DNA of 63,681 nucleotides, filler included, from Dimargaris cristalligena (Eukaryota), in the NCBI GenBank assembly GCA_003614675.1. It is 3 parts of 3 records of this genome, joined end to end, with 100 filler letters (N's around TTAATTAATTAA, not from the genome) between each part and the next. Parts side by side here need not be neighbours in the genome. Positions count along the whole stretch, not along the records: positions 1 to 21,218 come from ML002668.1; positions 21,319 to 42,475 come from ML002669.1; 1 more part is not named here. The stretch is one strand, 5' to 3'. Shown here piece after piece: positions 11,061 to 24,300 of this stretch (the first letter of the stretch is position 1; every line of letters starts with the position of its first letter). The notes below the pieces were generated by a model. That model saw only the letters and a list, made by a program, of their open reading frames with translations. It searched no databases and was not told the DNA's origin. The translations under genes and the position numbers were made by a program.

Positions 11061-13514
11061 AAAAGGGAGAGAGGCTTCGTACGGGGGTAATCGAGTCTAA
11101 TGGGTTAGTATAGAGAGTGTCAATACGACTACGAAAAAAAAAAGGCCAAGAGGGTTGAAGGGGGGTTATAGTCAAGGTGAGACCACGGGTGGGAGAAGTA
11201 TACAGGCGGAGGATGATGTTTCAAGTGTAGATTATGACGACGGAGCCAAGACGGTCGGGGTAGTGAACGACAGTTTGGCCAAGGATTTGGGAACCCCGAT
11301 AGTACAGCGATAAATCGGGGACAACGCAAGCCGGAAACTTACCAATGGGCGAAGTATGCAGTCATTTATAAAAAATAATAGCCCAATTAAAAGCAACAAG
11401 TTGGAAAGAGGTTCGTTCAGACTGAAAGGGGGTTTTATATATGGCCATGCTACAATGGTTAGTGGCTATATGCGTGCGCATATATAGATCGTCAAGCGGG
11501 TACGCACGATGCCGGCGGGAGTCAGCTGATTGAGAATCGTGACCATCAACGAACCTCGACCGACAGCTGCACGTCAAGTAACCGTCAGCCGCCGAATCTC
11601 CGTTTTTGGCATAGCCGTACGACCTAGAATTCGGCGCCACCAGAGGCACTTATTTCCCCAGGCATGAGTACGAACCATTATCATCATGGCCTCCCCTCCC
11701 CTACTTTGTCCCTTTGGGCGGCGATTTGATGGCAATGTCCATGCCAAGGACAAGCTGGCCTTTCGAATACATTGGATCTCTCTTCCCTTTTGGCTGGGCC
11801 GAATGGGCCGTTGCCATGGTTATGCACATACTATGGAAATAGATTGATATATAAATAGACAGATGTATATATAGGGCATTTTATTTTATTCTCTTCTCCT
11901 CTCTCTTCCCCCCTTGTTCTTTGTGTCACCCGCCCACCATTGGTTGATCACTGTCGCATATTCGGTGTGGTCTCCGAAAAACCACGGTTAGCCAGGCCCG
12001 TTGATTGGTGGCCGTTCCGGGAGTGTACAGCAGCTAGCCAGTGGAATGATATGGGTTCGTTCGTCACCGCTGGTCTCCTCTATTCCTATACCACCCTGGC
12101 TGTTACTGGACTAAGTCGGCCCGTTAGTCGTGAGAAGACCCAAAGCCCTTCGCTATTCTTGCAGGCTAGCGTGGGGTTAGGAAGTTAGTCTGTCCGATCA
12201 TTCATATCCCACGCCGGCGGTCCATCGGCCCTGCCTGGGTAAACAAAGAGGTTCGGGCGGCCCACGCCCACGTAGGCCGTATAAAGAACGGCCTGGAGCG
12301 CTATTCCCACCTCCCCGGGGCCGCCATCCCGTCGAATGCCACCAAACCGCTCCATTCCACACACCCCTTCGGCTACTACCTCATAGGCAATCCTAGTATA
12401 TTCATATGTCCGTCCAGGTAATACACTCGCTGCGATTCGTCTTGGACTCAACGCAGATGCCACCATCGTGTAGAGTGTGACTTCTGCTGACCTATCGTTA
12501 AATAAGGTCTCGGCCACCAATCTTTGGATTGGAGTTAACAGCAATCTTCCCATCATCCAGCAGTCCTGGAATGGTGATGCGAGTCCGAGTCACCCCTTCC
12601 GGTTTATACCTCGCCCACTCCTTTAAATATGGGTATTTGGCTATATACTTATATTTATATATAAATATACATCACTTCCCCGAACTCCACCCCCCAATCT
12701 GCCTCCAATCCCTCGGAGAAGGGGGGCAGCAGTGTAGGCGGTGAAAACGATATTACAATGCCCATTTGGCGCACCCCCTCCTCATACAGTACGCTGGTTT
12801 TCAGTTCACTGGGCCCTCCGAATGCAGCGGAATATAACCCCCACATCACGGCTGACGAGGCGTAGTATTTAACTCTGCATTTCATTTTATCGACGATTGA
12901 CTGTAATCTTCCGCTTGGCCACCCTCACTCTTCTTCGCCTGTCTTGACTCGATTTACACCCGCCCAGGTTTGGCATATACCCTGTTCGACGCTGCTAGTA
13001 CATATCGTCGGCTGTGCAAATCGGCCATGTACCAACTGGCACTATAAGTACACACATACTCGCCCACATAGTGGTGGTTTCCCTCCCTTGCCACGCCCCG
13101 CTTCATTCCGTACATTTACATTATAATCCCCCGGGAGTCTTGTCACTGGCTTGTCCATTCACTCAACCGCGTCATTATTTAGACTAGTCAGCGCAAATGT
13201 CGGCGGAGTTTCGCCGAGCCATTTGATAGGATTCCCGCAATTCCCTTCTACCTGCGTCCTAGACCTCCCCATCAGATATAGCCGCCCTCCGCCGCGATCC
13301 ACTAGGTCTATTCGCTACCTTATGTTTTATACCTCGGTAAAGCTAGTGTCTAATAGTTTTAATCCCTCTCCTCCACTTTCCTCCGCCTCGTAAACCCAGG
13401 TCTTCGCCTTAGTCCCCTCTTATTGTTTGCCCGACCATCATTCTCCGCATATTAGATATACACACAAATATATACATGTATAGCTAGCTAAATATATGTA
13501 TCTACTTTAACATC

Positions 13515-14987
13515 ATGGAGTCACTGGTCACCCCTACCATCCGGGCCCCCGATATGCTCCCGACTTCCCTAGTGGGCCCCACCTCCTCCGACGGCGACCA
13601 CCAAATTCTCGCCGCCGAATCCCCTATTGCCCTCCACGCCAAACTTATCGTTGGTGGAGTTCTCATTGGCGGCCTCTTATTCACCATCTACATCAACACC
13701 GTGTTTACCCTGCGCAAAAAGGCCCTTTTTTACTACGCTAATCTGGGCCAAGCCGTGGCGGCGCTGGCCAGCGTACTCACGGTGACCCTCATCAACCAGG
13801 AGGTATTCTCCGACGCCTGTACGGTGCTTCTTTTCTTGGCCACGTTCGGCATGAGTATCTGCATCAGTCTGTGTCAATACGTTTTGCTCCTGCGTTTGCA
13901 CACCCTGGTCCATAATCGAAAATTACTGTGGTTCACGTCGGCCGTGATTGCGCTGCACTCGGTGTACTTTGTGGTCGTCAGTATGTTGAAGCAGCCGTCC
14001 ATCGTGGGACGGGCCCTGTGCATCATTCACACCCAACAGTCTCTCCTTATTGTTTACGTGGTGGTGTCGCTCGGTACCGAAGTGTACTTGACGGGCCATT
14101 TTATTTGGCAGTTGGTGGCCCATATCCGTTGCATCAACGGGCTCCAGCGGGAGATTGAAGTGTCCAAGTACCGCCGGTTAATCGATATCGGAGGGTACAT
14201 TACCCTCATCAACACCGTAGTGGGGGTGGCGCTGTGGGCGTGCGCGTTGGAGCCCCACCTCAGCCAATTTTACTTTACCGTGCTGGCGCTGATGGTCGCC
14301 ACCCCGTCCTTCACCACCACGTTCATGTGCTGGTCCATTTATACCTCGGGCTACCAACACACCCATGCCCGCCATATCCCGACCATCACTGGTGTCCGGT
14401 CCAAATTTAACCCCATGACGCTGCAGAGCCAGACCCAGACCCAGGGCGACCCCTTTACGCTATCCCGGGCGATTCCCTCCCATCTGGTTCATGATCCCCA
14501 GCCCGTGCACTACACTTCCTCCGCGAGCTATTCGTACGACTACACTCACTACCCCGACCTGAAGGACGGTGGTGGTAGTGTTAGTGGTAGAGAGGGCCGG
14601 GTCAGCTTTAGTAGTACGGCGGATCAGACGGCGGGCTCCATCACCCAACTACCCGGTGCCAACTTGTCCAACGAGCCCCTCCCGACTTGGGCCTTTACGA
14701 CCAATTCCCCGCGTACGCTGCCCGGTCCCGCTTTAGCCCCATCCCGGGTGCTGCCCCACGCGTCATTCGGGTCGCCGATCACCACCCCTATCTCTTCCTC
14801 CCCCCTCGAGTCCGCACCTCCCCCGCGAGTCTCGCACGACGGTCCCGCGAACCCCCGCCGTTCCCCGATTATGCGCATGTCATCCGAACGGGGGCCTTCG
14901 CAGCCTATGACTCGACCCGCTCCTATGCTGCCTGGCTCATATTCAGATTACAACCCGTATCCCGAGATTGACGGTCCGCGTCAGTAG
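13515..14987 (+). CDS. Orphan multi-pass (about 7TM) membrane protein, GPCR-like, with Pro/Ser-rich C-terminal tail
   Basis: Intronless 490-aa ORF with about seven hydrophobic segments, Cys residues at the start of TM3 (DACTV) and in a later loop (ALCII), LLLRLH after TM3, and a long disordered tail. AATAAA at ~15065. Confidence 0.7.
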   Translation: MESLVTPTIRAPDMLPTSLVGPTSSDGDHQILAAESPIALHAKLIVGGVLIGGLLFTIYINTVFTLRKKALFYYANLGQAVAALASVLTVTLINQEVFSDACTVLLFLATFGMSICISLCQYVLLLRLHTLVHNRKLLWFTSAVIALHSVYFVVVSMLKQPSIVGRALCIIHTQQSLLIVYVVVSLGTEVYLTGHFIWQLVAHIRCINGLQREIEVSKYRRLIDIGGYITLINTVVGVALWACALEPHLSQFYFTVLALMVATPSFTTTFMCWSIYTSGYQHTHARHIPTITGVRSKFNPMTLQSQTQTQGDPFTLSRAIPSHLVHDPQPVHYTSSASYSYDYTHYPDLKDGGGSVSGREGRVSFSSTADQTAGSITQLPGANLSNEPLPTWAFTTNSPRTLPGPALAPSRVLPHASFGSPITTPISSSPLESAPPPRVSHDGPANPRRSPIMRMSSERGPSQPMTRPAPMLPGSYSDYNPYPEIDGPRQ

Positions 14988-17900
14988 TCTCGCTTGGTAA
15001 TGATATAGTTTACCCCCTTTTTTAAATAATAATAATAATAACTTTAATAATTTAATTTCGTATGAATAAACTCCCGGGCTTGCTTGGAATGGGCAGTTCT
15101 AACACAGCATATGTTCTCAGTGTAATAGCCATTTAGGTTTTTTTTTAATATGGTATGGTCTGGTCTGGTGTTGAGTGATTGGGATGAGATTTCCGAATAC
15201 AAGTAGGTTATTCCCCCCTCAATTGTTGCGCTAATATAAACTCAACAACTTTCGGGTCGGAATAGCACGATTCCCATCTTTATTTATAATAAATTTACGT
15301 GATTTCTTTTTTTAGTTTTGCTCAATTGGTATTTCGGTGGATGTGGGGGTGTAAATAAGAAAGCCCCATGCATGTCGATTGGTATGTTAGTATCTGGTGT
15401 AAACGCAGGATATCCGACTAGATATGTCAGATAATGTCTGTTGTTTTACCCAATCAATGGGGAACTGACTCCACGCGAAGGCCGGTTAACTGGATACGAT
15501 ATTAGCAACCCCCTAAGGCCCGAAGATTCAATGATCACCCTTGTCTAATATACCTAACAGTGCTAAGAATAGGCGGGATTTGCTTGAGAACCCTGATGGA
15601 GGGGGGGAGGTCGTGATCACTCCTCCTTTAGTGAAAAGGGGTATAGTTCGAAATAGAAGCGAACATATTCTATAATTTAAAGTGGGTCAGTGAATAGACG
15701 GAGAGGCTTTACCCGACGACGATGTCGCTGCAGATAGGGGGGTATGCAGATTCAATGAGGCCGAATCCCGTGAGATCTTGGACTGGAAAGGGGAAAGGCG
15801 GCGGCGGTCCCGGGGACTGAGTTTTTCAATAAGTAGGTTTGGAATGGTTGTATTCTCTCTCCCCCGTCGGTATGTCGAACCCATGTGAATATGGAATAGC
15901 CAACCAACCAACCAACTAAAACTAACTAACTAACTAGCCTAATTTGGCGACTACCATTTACAGAAATCGCCTATTTATTGGCTCTGTGCCCTGTGTTGTT
16001 TAACGGGATCGGTAAAGGAGTGTTAGAAAATATTTCAATGGATAGAGAGAATGCTTCACCGATGGAGAGAGCATATCCAATGAAGTGGATTACATTGGGT
16101 ACTAGAGTTGCCGATTTCGGCAGTTTGAGTGGTCAGTGCTAAACTTTGGGATACTACTATTCCAACCGCTAGTTTAACAGTTGACTGATGATTCGTCTCG
16201 GTTTCACGAAAAGAAAGGGGAGGAGGCATCTGGTAACCCATTGGCCAATTAGCATCTGCCTCATATATTTCCTGGCCAGTCATGCCCCACATAATATTGA
16301 TACACCGGCTTTCTTGAGCCCGCACGGTGAATATATAGCTCGCCGTTAATTAAACGTATTATTCAAATCATCAAAAAAATTAATAAATTGATACTAGTGA
16401 GGTCCTCTGATTTTCCGCGGATTTGCTCGATAGGCACAGTTAACAGCGGCGATACAGATGATCATAATCCACCGACTTCCAAGGACATATTAATTTTTTA
16501 GCCTCAATTAGATTTGCACCATTCGATCAAAGCAGTGTGCGGGGGGAGTAATCATTGCCATGAATGCCAAACCACAGCCACAGGTACCACCTCCAATCGT
16601 TAGTTACACACCCACCAGCGATGGGCGAGGATCGGTTAGTAATCCCTACGCCGCTATTCTTTACTCCCGTCTCAACTCAACACCTTTCACTGTAAGCCGC
16701 CCTCAACTGGCAGTATTCTCCCGAAGGGTGCTTGGCGACCTAATTAGGGCCGCCCCTTGTTGCGCGACATGTCCCTGTCCTTCCTTTACAGTCCCCGGAA
16801 TGGCCCCATTCAGTGGGCTTGGTCTCTAGCCCCAACCGGCTGAATGGGGGAAGGGCACGGATACGGTGGGGCAGGTATGGGAGAGACAGTGTGTGGGTGG
16901 GAAATGGGATAAAGGTCCGCTGGAATGCAATCAGCCTTTCTAAGGCCGAAGGGCAGAGGGGGACTATAGACCCTTTACGAGGTCGTTGAACCCCAACGGG
17001 TTGTACAAGGATAGTGGTGGCTCAGCCCAACATCCTCAACGGGCCGTTCGTGGCTGGGGACGTGCGACTCTGGCCGACTCTCTCGGAACCAAATGGGTCA
17101 ACTATCTAAACCATATAGCACTGGTCCAGGTGGCCATCGTATGCCGCTGAATATTCATATAAATCAGCCGGGCTCCGAATCATTACCCCCGCCCCTTTCT
17201 TGCCTTCGCCACGCTGCCCTGAGGTTTTAGCATCATTGGTATACTGTAGCTGTATTGCTTGGACACCACCCCACCCGCTTGCATATGGACCTGGCCTATT
17301 GATGGTTACTACCACTCCCCCTACCCTGCCTCGCTCATATCGTTCCCCGAGATAGATAAGGAAGACCGCCGCCACGCCAAGTCAGGGTCGCCTGCTGGTT
17401 CTTTACACCCCATAGTCAAGTTTCGTCATCAGTACAGTAACTTACCAGCTATTGTAGCCCCTCCCGCATACCTAACCAAACTAATCGCGGGTTACCCTAA
17501 TTCGCGCTAGTTCGCCTATTATTTTAGCACCCTTAGCCTAACAAACGCTGTAGTCTTCTCGGACGTTCGTGTGTGGGGAAATCATTTATAAGGGTGGAAA
17601 CTTGTGTAGGTGTGGATGGCGCGAGTCTCTTTTACCAAAATTGATTCGACCATACTATTCTCGGCCATCACTAAATTACTACTGGTCTCTGCTATAAATT
17701 CTCCTCCACTATTCTCTAAACGCCTTACTATACTTATAATAACCCTAAGGGGCCTTCTCCGGACCATTACTCCACCTTCTTCTTACTCTCTTTTTATTTT
17801 CTCGGATTGGGCGAGCTTTAATTACCCTTCTCCCTCATTCCCGTCCTACCCCATTCCCCTCCTCTATCGAATATCACCTATTGGGCTACACAAGGGCACC

Positions 17901-18134
17901 CATGTAAAACCTCCCTCCAATAGTGAACCTACGTGCTCTTTTTTTCGGGTTATATATACTTATACCATTATTATTATTATTTTTAAAAAAGTTTAATAGC
18001 GTCCGAAGGGCTATTTTATTCACGCCAACGCCGGCTCTTCCTCAGATAAACAAAGGGCACCCGCCCTTGTCCCCCCAGCCCACTTCAACCCGTCGTCCTA
18101 ATATATAGATAGGTACTCCTCTCTCTCATACAAC

Positions 18135-20309
18135 ATGTCAGGCGAACACCCACACCATTCCCAGGCCCACCTCTACGACACCGTCAACGCCAACCATACC
18201 AATGGGTGCGAAACCACCGACTTTGACGGAGCCGAGCCCACCCCATTGCTAGGTGAATGGACCCACGGCCCCGCTGAGCCGTTTCGCCATCTAGCCGACG
18301 AAGATTCCGCCATTCCTACTCCCATTACACACTCCCGGCCGCATTCTATGTCCAGCCCCCCCGGGTCATCTCGGAGGCCCTATTCGACGGCCTCCATGGG
18401 GGAAACCGGCCGTACCCCAGGCGATAACACCCATCGTAATCCCTTTAATTCATCACCATCACCGTCACCAGAAGCAGTACAGAGTCCCTACGTTTCGCCC
18501 CCGCCACCGAGTGAAACCATCGTGACGACCCCTTCCCACCAGGTCGACGGAACCAGCGGCCTCGGTAATACGGGTGGTGTCCATCATTTTGCTGGCACCC
18601 CATCCCCCCCGGCAGTTATGCCGCCATCCACGGCGGACTATCGGACCCAGGGGCGGTCTCCCGATGTGGCCTCCACCACGGCCGACCCACCGGGCGATGT
18701 CGATTATGATACCCTGCGTCAGCTCCTGATTGAACAGAGTTTGGTGGTGGAGGAAAAACGGAAAGCAGCGGCCTCCCGGTCTTCGCTCCTCCGAGAGGGG
18801 AGTCCCGCGGGCGGCGTGGGCAGTGGTAGTGGCCCGGCCGGTATGTACAGTCTCCGGCACCGCGCGCGGACTTCACTGGATCCCATTATTCCCCAACGGC
18901 CGGGCAAGTCCTCCCTATCCCTATCCCTATCCCTAGCCAGTTTACCCGACCCCCTGCGGCGGCATTCCGGAGAGCAAGCGGCCCTCCACCACCGCCTCTC
19001 GATGGTATCGGACTCGAACCGGAGCGATTACTTCGATAAGATGGGCCAGCCGCCGTCCCCACCCGCGTACCGCTTTATGTTCTACTCCAAGGCCACGGGG
19101 CCGCTCTATGGTGAAAACTTGCATGATATATACCACGACCAAATGTCATTGGACCAACTTATGCAGCAGGGAGGCCCATTCTGGATTGACGTGACCGCCC
19201 CGCGGCCCAGCGACATGATGCTCTTCACCAAAGTATTCGACATCCACCCTTTGACCGAAGAAGATATTTTAACCGAGGAATGCCGCGAGAAATGCGAATT
19301 GTTTAGTCACTATTATTTCACGTGTTTCCATACTTACAATAGCGACTTGGACTCCCCGGATTTCATGGATCCCGTGAGCTTGTTCACTATTGTAATGCAG
19401 AGCGGCATCCTCTCGTTCCACAGCCAACCCACCCACCACCAGGCCCGGGTACTCGACCGCATCGGGACGCTCGGCCACGGACCACCCGGAGCACCGGTGA
19501 TTTCGCCCGACTGGATTAACTACGCACTCATTGATGACATCACCGACTCGCTCTTTCCGTTGGTGGAATTGGTCTCCCGGGAGGTGGAATCCATTGACGA
19601 ACTGGTGTTGATTCTAAAAGCCAACGAACAGGCGGATATGCTCCAACGGATCGGAGCGGCCCGGAAAAAAGTGATGGCGGTCCAGCGGTTGGTGGCCCTC
19701 AAAGGGTACGTGATTAAGGCGCAAATCAAACGGTGCGATGAACGGCGGTGGGGTAATGGTGGTGGCAGTGGTGCGACCGCCTTTAGCCACGGGAATTCTA
19801 CTTGGGCGTCGTCCTCTTTGCCTCGCGTACCCTCTCCGGCGGACCAATCGACCACCACCACCGTTTCGGACCAACGTGCTAACCAACACCATCACCGTAC
19901 TTCATCCACCCAGTTAGGCACGGCTACCCCGTCTTTTGCGGGCATCCACCACGCCACCAACCCGGGCATTAAATTCTACTACGCCGATGTATTAGACCAC
20001 ATCATCACCATGTTACAGGAAACCAACCGGTTCGACTCCATCATCGACCGGGCCCACTCCAACTTTTTGGCCCAAATCTCCTTAGAAATCACCATCGCTT
20101 CGAACCGGGCCAACGATATGATCGCCAAGGTCACCGCCTTGGGGTCTGTCCTATTGCCCATGAACGTCATCACCGGTCTCTTCGGTATGAACGTTTATGT
20201 GCCCGGACAGGATACGTCCACTTACTATTGGTTTTTCGGTATCGTCGGCTCGCTGGGCTTGATTTTCGTGGTGTGTACTTTCATGCTCTATCGGTTTAAG
20301 ATATTCTAA
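18135..20309 (+). CDS. CorA-family Mg2+ transporter, Alr1/Mnr2-like
   Basis: FWIDV, FDIHPLTEEDI, EKCELF, DWINYALIDDITD, GMN signature (LFGMNVYVPG) and two C-terminal TM helices. Confidence 0.93.
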   Translation: MSGEHPHHSQAHLYDTVNANHTNGCETTDFDGAEPTPLLGEWTHGPAEPFRHLADEDSAIPTPITHSRPHSMSSPPGSSRRPYSTASMGETGRTPGDNTHRNPFNSSPSPSPEAVQSPYVSPPPPSETIVTTPSHQVDGTSGLGNTGGVHHFAGTPSPPAVMPPSTADYRTQGRSPDVASTTADPPGDVDYDTLRQLLIEQSLVVEEKRKAAASRSSLLREGSPAGGVGSGSGPAGMYSLRHRARTSLDPIIPQRPGKSSLSLSLSLASLPDPLRRHSGEQAALHHRLSMVSDSNRSDYFDKMGQPPSPPAYRFMFYSKATGPLYGENLHDIYHDQMSLDQLMQQGGPFWIDVTAPRPSDMMLFTKVFDIHPLTEEDILTEECREKCELFSHYYFTCFHTYNSDLDSPDFMDPVSLFTIVMQSGILSFHSQPTHHQARVLDRIGTLGHGPPGAPVISPDWINYALIDDITDSLFPLVELVSREVESIDELVLILKANEQADMLQRIGAARKKVMAVQRLVALKGYVIKAQIKRCDERRWGNGGGSGATAFSHGNSTWASSSLPRVPSPADQSTTTTVSDQRANQHHHRTSSTQLGTATPSFAGIHHATNPGIKFYYADVLDHIITMLQETNRFDSIIDRAHSNFLAQISLEITIASNRANDMIAKVTALGSVLLPMNVITGLFGMNVYVPGQDTSTYYWFFGIVGSLGLIFVVCTFMLYRFKIF

Positions 20310-20740
20310 TGTGTTTGTTTTTTGATTTTGATTTTTTTTTACATTTTTTTTTTGCATGAGAACCCGATAATATGAGCCAAGTCGGCGAATTCAAACCAAA
20401 TACCATATAGTATTGCTTGTGAATATTTACTACCAGCGGCTATTGTCCAGGGACACGGGGGCTATTTTATTTTTCGTTTATTACTCCCATTTCTCCTTTA
20501 TCCACTCTAACCCTTTCGAATTCCTTCTACCATTGTGTGCTCATATTATTTTTGGCTTGTTCATTACCCGGGTCATTGATTCCATTGAACTCTGACCCCA
20601 AAAATTGGTATATACCCATCTCCCTGATTTTGAAGTGTGGGCGATGGGCCTGATTACAATATTTAAGAATCGCAAGTAAGATAAATTCACCTTTCAAAGT
20701 AGTGGACATTTGTGTCTATTTTTACACATATATATATAAA

Positions 20741-20875
20741 TGGGAGAGGTTCAGCCAGGCTGTATAACAGAAAATTCGGCGGGGGATGAAAATATTCCTC
20801 GTTATAAATGAATCTCCCGCGTAGTTCACCCTGCACATAGCATTTATAACATTTACCTGGTCCGAATTTCGCCCA
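20741..20875 (+). mobile_element. MITE-like element, copy 1
   Basis: TGGGAGAGGTTCAGCCAGGCTGTATAA...CTGGTCCGAATTTCGCCCA|TA. Homologous to the copies at 33347, 38990 and 58490. Confidence 0.75.
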
Positions 20876-21218
20876 TATGTTTATAGCATATAAATAAAAC
20901 ATAGGTCACTGACATTTTACAAAATTCTTATGTTAAGGACGTGCTACTGCAGTGGTCGTAAAAACAATGTTGATATTCACTTTCCTGCATCAGCAACCAG
21001 TCAAAGTAAAATGAAGAAATACAAAATTAAATAAAAATTACATAGCTAATGGAGCTTGTAGACCAAGGCCAAGGGCAGAGATCCATTTAATAACTGCGAC
21101 TTACTTTTTAAACATTTTTAATAGATTAAAAAATCAGAATAGGCTGAATATGCCCACTTGCCGGTATTGTACAGTGGCAATAATTAGATTAGGGCACCGG
21201 TAAATAAGAAAATGCAAG

Positions 21219-21318
21219 NNNNNNNNNNNNNNNNNNNNNNNNNNNNNNNNNNNNNNNNNNNNTTAATTAATTAANNNNNNNNNNNNNNNNNNNNNNNNNN
21301 NNNNNNNNNNNNNNNNNN
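21219..21318. other. Artificial contig-join linker
   Basis: 44 N + TTAATTAATTAA (stops in all six frames) + 44 N. Confidence 0.97.
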
Positions 21319-24300
21319 AACAGAGGCGAGATTAATGGATGAGGTACTCATTTTCGGTTTGGTGGGTATCTGGTTATCACGCAAATCGAGTCGTCGAATG
21401 TGCGGAAACCGTAGTCGAAAATCAGTGGGATGCACAGTAATGCCACACTCACGAAGTTCGAGTTGAACCAAATTGGGAAGCGTGGTTAGTCGGTCAGGCA
21501 CAAGCAAGTGTTGGCAATCTGATCCAGACATGTAGAGGTTGCTGATCAGGGGGATGGCATCCCAGTCCAATCGGATGGGTGAATACGAAGAGGGGCCAGA
21601 AGAGGGGGTGGGTGAAATAGTGGGCAAGGGGCTACCGGAAGAAGTGTATCCGGGAGATGAAAGGGAAGATTCCACGGGCTTAGTCCGGGGGGTGGAATAG
21701 TCGTTTTGGCGCAAGGATAGATTCCGCATCTCCTTCCAAATATAGGTGGGAAATTCATCAGTAGAAATGGCCGAATAGGTGGGGCCGGCCGATGCCATGA
21801 GGGCACGCGGGCTGGGACAGGTGACGTTGTGACCGGGGTTTACGGGGCACACCACCGGAAATGGCGAGGTGACAATCACATTAACACCAGAGTTGTCAGC
21901 GTAGAACGTGCGTAGATGCGGGAACCAATAGGTCCACAAAAAACTGCAACCGCGCCAAGAGCACGGTGCTGTGGTCGTGGAGTCCACAAAACCTCCCGCT
22001 CTGGACGAAATGTGATTAGCTGGATTGGATGGAGAGGTCCCCAACTGAGGCAGAACAGCGGTCTGGTAAGCGAATTGGCACCGTCGGTGGGTTTGCTGAC
22101 GCGGACTACAGCCCAGTCCGGGATTATGACACAAGCGAAGGGTCCGCAACTGGGGAACCGGGCAAGCCAGATGCACACAAGTAAGGGCGTTGTAATCCAA
22201 ATTGAGAAGCCGAAGGGAGGCCATTCCCTCAATACCATGGAGGGTAGTAATCGAATTATGAGCCGCCATTAGTTGTTCGAGTCGGGGCATTTGGGCCGGT
22301 TCAAGATCCAAGTGAGCCAAGCTGTTGTGTTGCACAATCAAAGTTTCCAGTCGGGGTAGGCCACGCAGGGATCGGAGGCTAGTGATACGATTGTGGCTAG
22401 CCGAGAGGGACCGTAGATGACGCAAGCCGGACAAAGCCGCCAAACTGGTGAGTTGGTTATTGGACAAATCGATGACCTCCAAGTGGGACCACTGGAGAGC
22501 TGCGTTGGCCGGCAAACGAGTAATCCGATTATGAGTGGCCATGAGTTTCGTGAGGTGAGGCACGTGGAGATCGATTCTCTCCAAACAGTTATGGGAGGCA
22601 TCCAGCTCTTCGACTCGACTGGCATAAGGATCCAGATCAGCTAGGGCAACCAGTCGGCGCCCGCTTAAGTCCCACGAAATTCCCTCGGGTACCACGAAGG
22701 CACTGGGCAAGAGTACGGCCGATCCTGGCGGAGCCGTGTTCGGGGTCGTTGTTACGGCGGAGTGACCAGTGGAGTGTGTAGGCCGCTCAGGGGGACCCGC
22801 ATGGATATCAAATCGACGGACCTGTTGACGGGTGGAAGCCAATGAAACTGTGTGATTGCCCGGCTGGTTGGGGTCAGAGGTAATTTGCAACCGGTGGGAC
22901 TGCGAATAGTCGACGGATACGGTTTGTTGGGTGGGGGCCGGGACTGGTGCCGAGTCTTGGGACATCGGAGCAAAGTCTAACTCTGTATCGGTTGGCTGAC
23001 TTTGAGGAGCTGGAAAACGGGTGCCGGCCCAAGGGGCTGCAACCAACAACCGGGCTTCTCGACGAGTAGTTTCCGCGGAAGGTTGTCGGCGACGGGGTGG
23101 ATCGTGGGAGGATGGCTTGGCTGCAGTTAGCTTGGGGGTGGGGGAAGACTGAGTACGAGGCCGATTCATGATGGGGCGCGTTGGGTCATACGGGGTTGGT
23201 GCAGCCAGGGGGGGTGACGAATTGTTTGATGCGAGATTAGCAGTGGGCAGCTCAGCCGGATGGCGCGCAGGCGGGGAGGGTGTTCCTGGCAGGACCGACG
23301 GGGAACTTGGTTTAGATCGAATGGGGGGACTTTTATCAGCAGATGCCTCCCGATTGAATGGTGCGGGCATCTCACGTGCATGCGATCTTGAAACCGGCTG
23401 GGCCGGGGCCATGGGCTCGGAGAAACTTTGCAAATCGTCAATACTTTGAAACGGGTCGGGGCTCTCATCGGGATACTGGGGAGCAGTGTCGGCCGGACGG
23501 GGGGTTACAAGATAATGGTGATCAAAGTGGGGAGCAAGCGGGGAGGTCGGAGTAGAACCAGGTTTAATACGAATCCACCGGCAAAGTGCTTTGTCGTACT
23601 GCATTTCGCCAACCCGGTCGGGCAGGGCACAGCCAAGGTTATGCGGCGTAATCATGTGGAGGCCGGGAGCAGCGGAGGAGGGGACAGCTACAAGGGGCTT
23701 GGGCGGGGTATGCGTCGGGCATAGGGATGAGTCGGTGCGAAAGGGAACCGACGATGTGCCCGGAGGTGATCGGGCGGTACTGGGGGATCCGTGATGGCCC
23801 GGAGGCGTATCTGGCAGCGATGGATAGGCCACTAAAGCGGGGTATTCTGGAGAAATGTGAGAAGCAGGGGCGAAGGTCGAGGGCGGGTAGGCCACGCCAG
23901 CTGAAAGGGAATCCTGTGAGGTGGGGAAGGGATCGGTATGCCCGGACCGTGAGTCGCCGGTAGGCCGTCCCACTGAAAGCGAGCTGAGCTGATCAATATC
24001 TGATGGGAAATTAAACCCCGAGGCTAGAGAAGTGGTGGTAGTCGGCGGTTCCGATTGGCCTCTGGTTATGGGTACCTGTCGGTCGAGAGTTGCCATTAAG
24101 TCGGGCGAAAGGCGAGGAAAGGGGGTCAGGCCATCGGAGGCGGAAACGTCCGATGTGTCCGTCGAGAGCTTTGAATTCGATGAAAATGGGGGTTCAGACG
24201 AACCGGGGGGCCCAGCGGACGAGACGGCGGCAAATAAAGATAGCGCTGATAGTGGTACACGAGGGGTGTTCCTGGTTCGGGATTGGGAAGGGTCGGGACT

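Noticed and set aside
15900-15945. CAAC/CTAA short tandem repeats (similar tract at 36705-36740)
   Set aside because: Simple low-complexity tracts; neither telomeric nor CRISPR-like.
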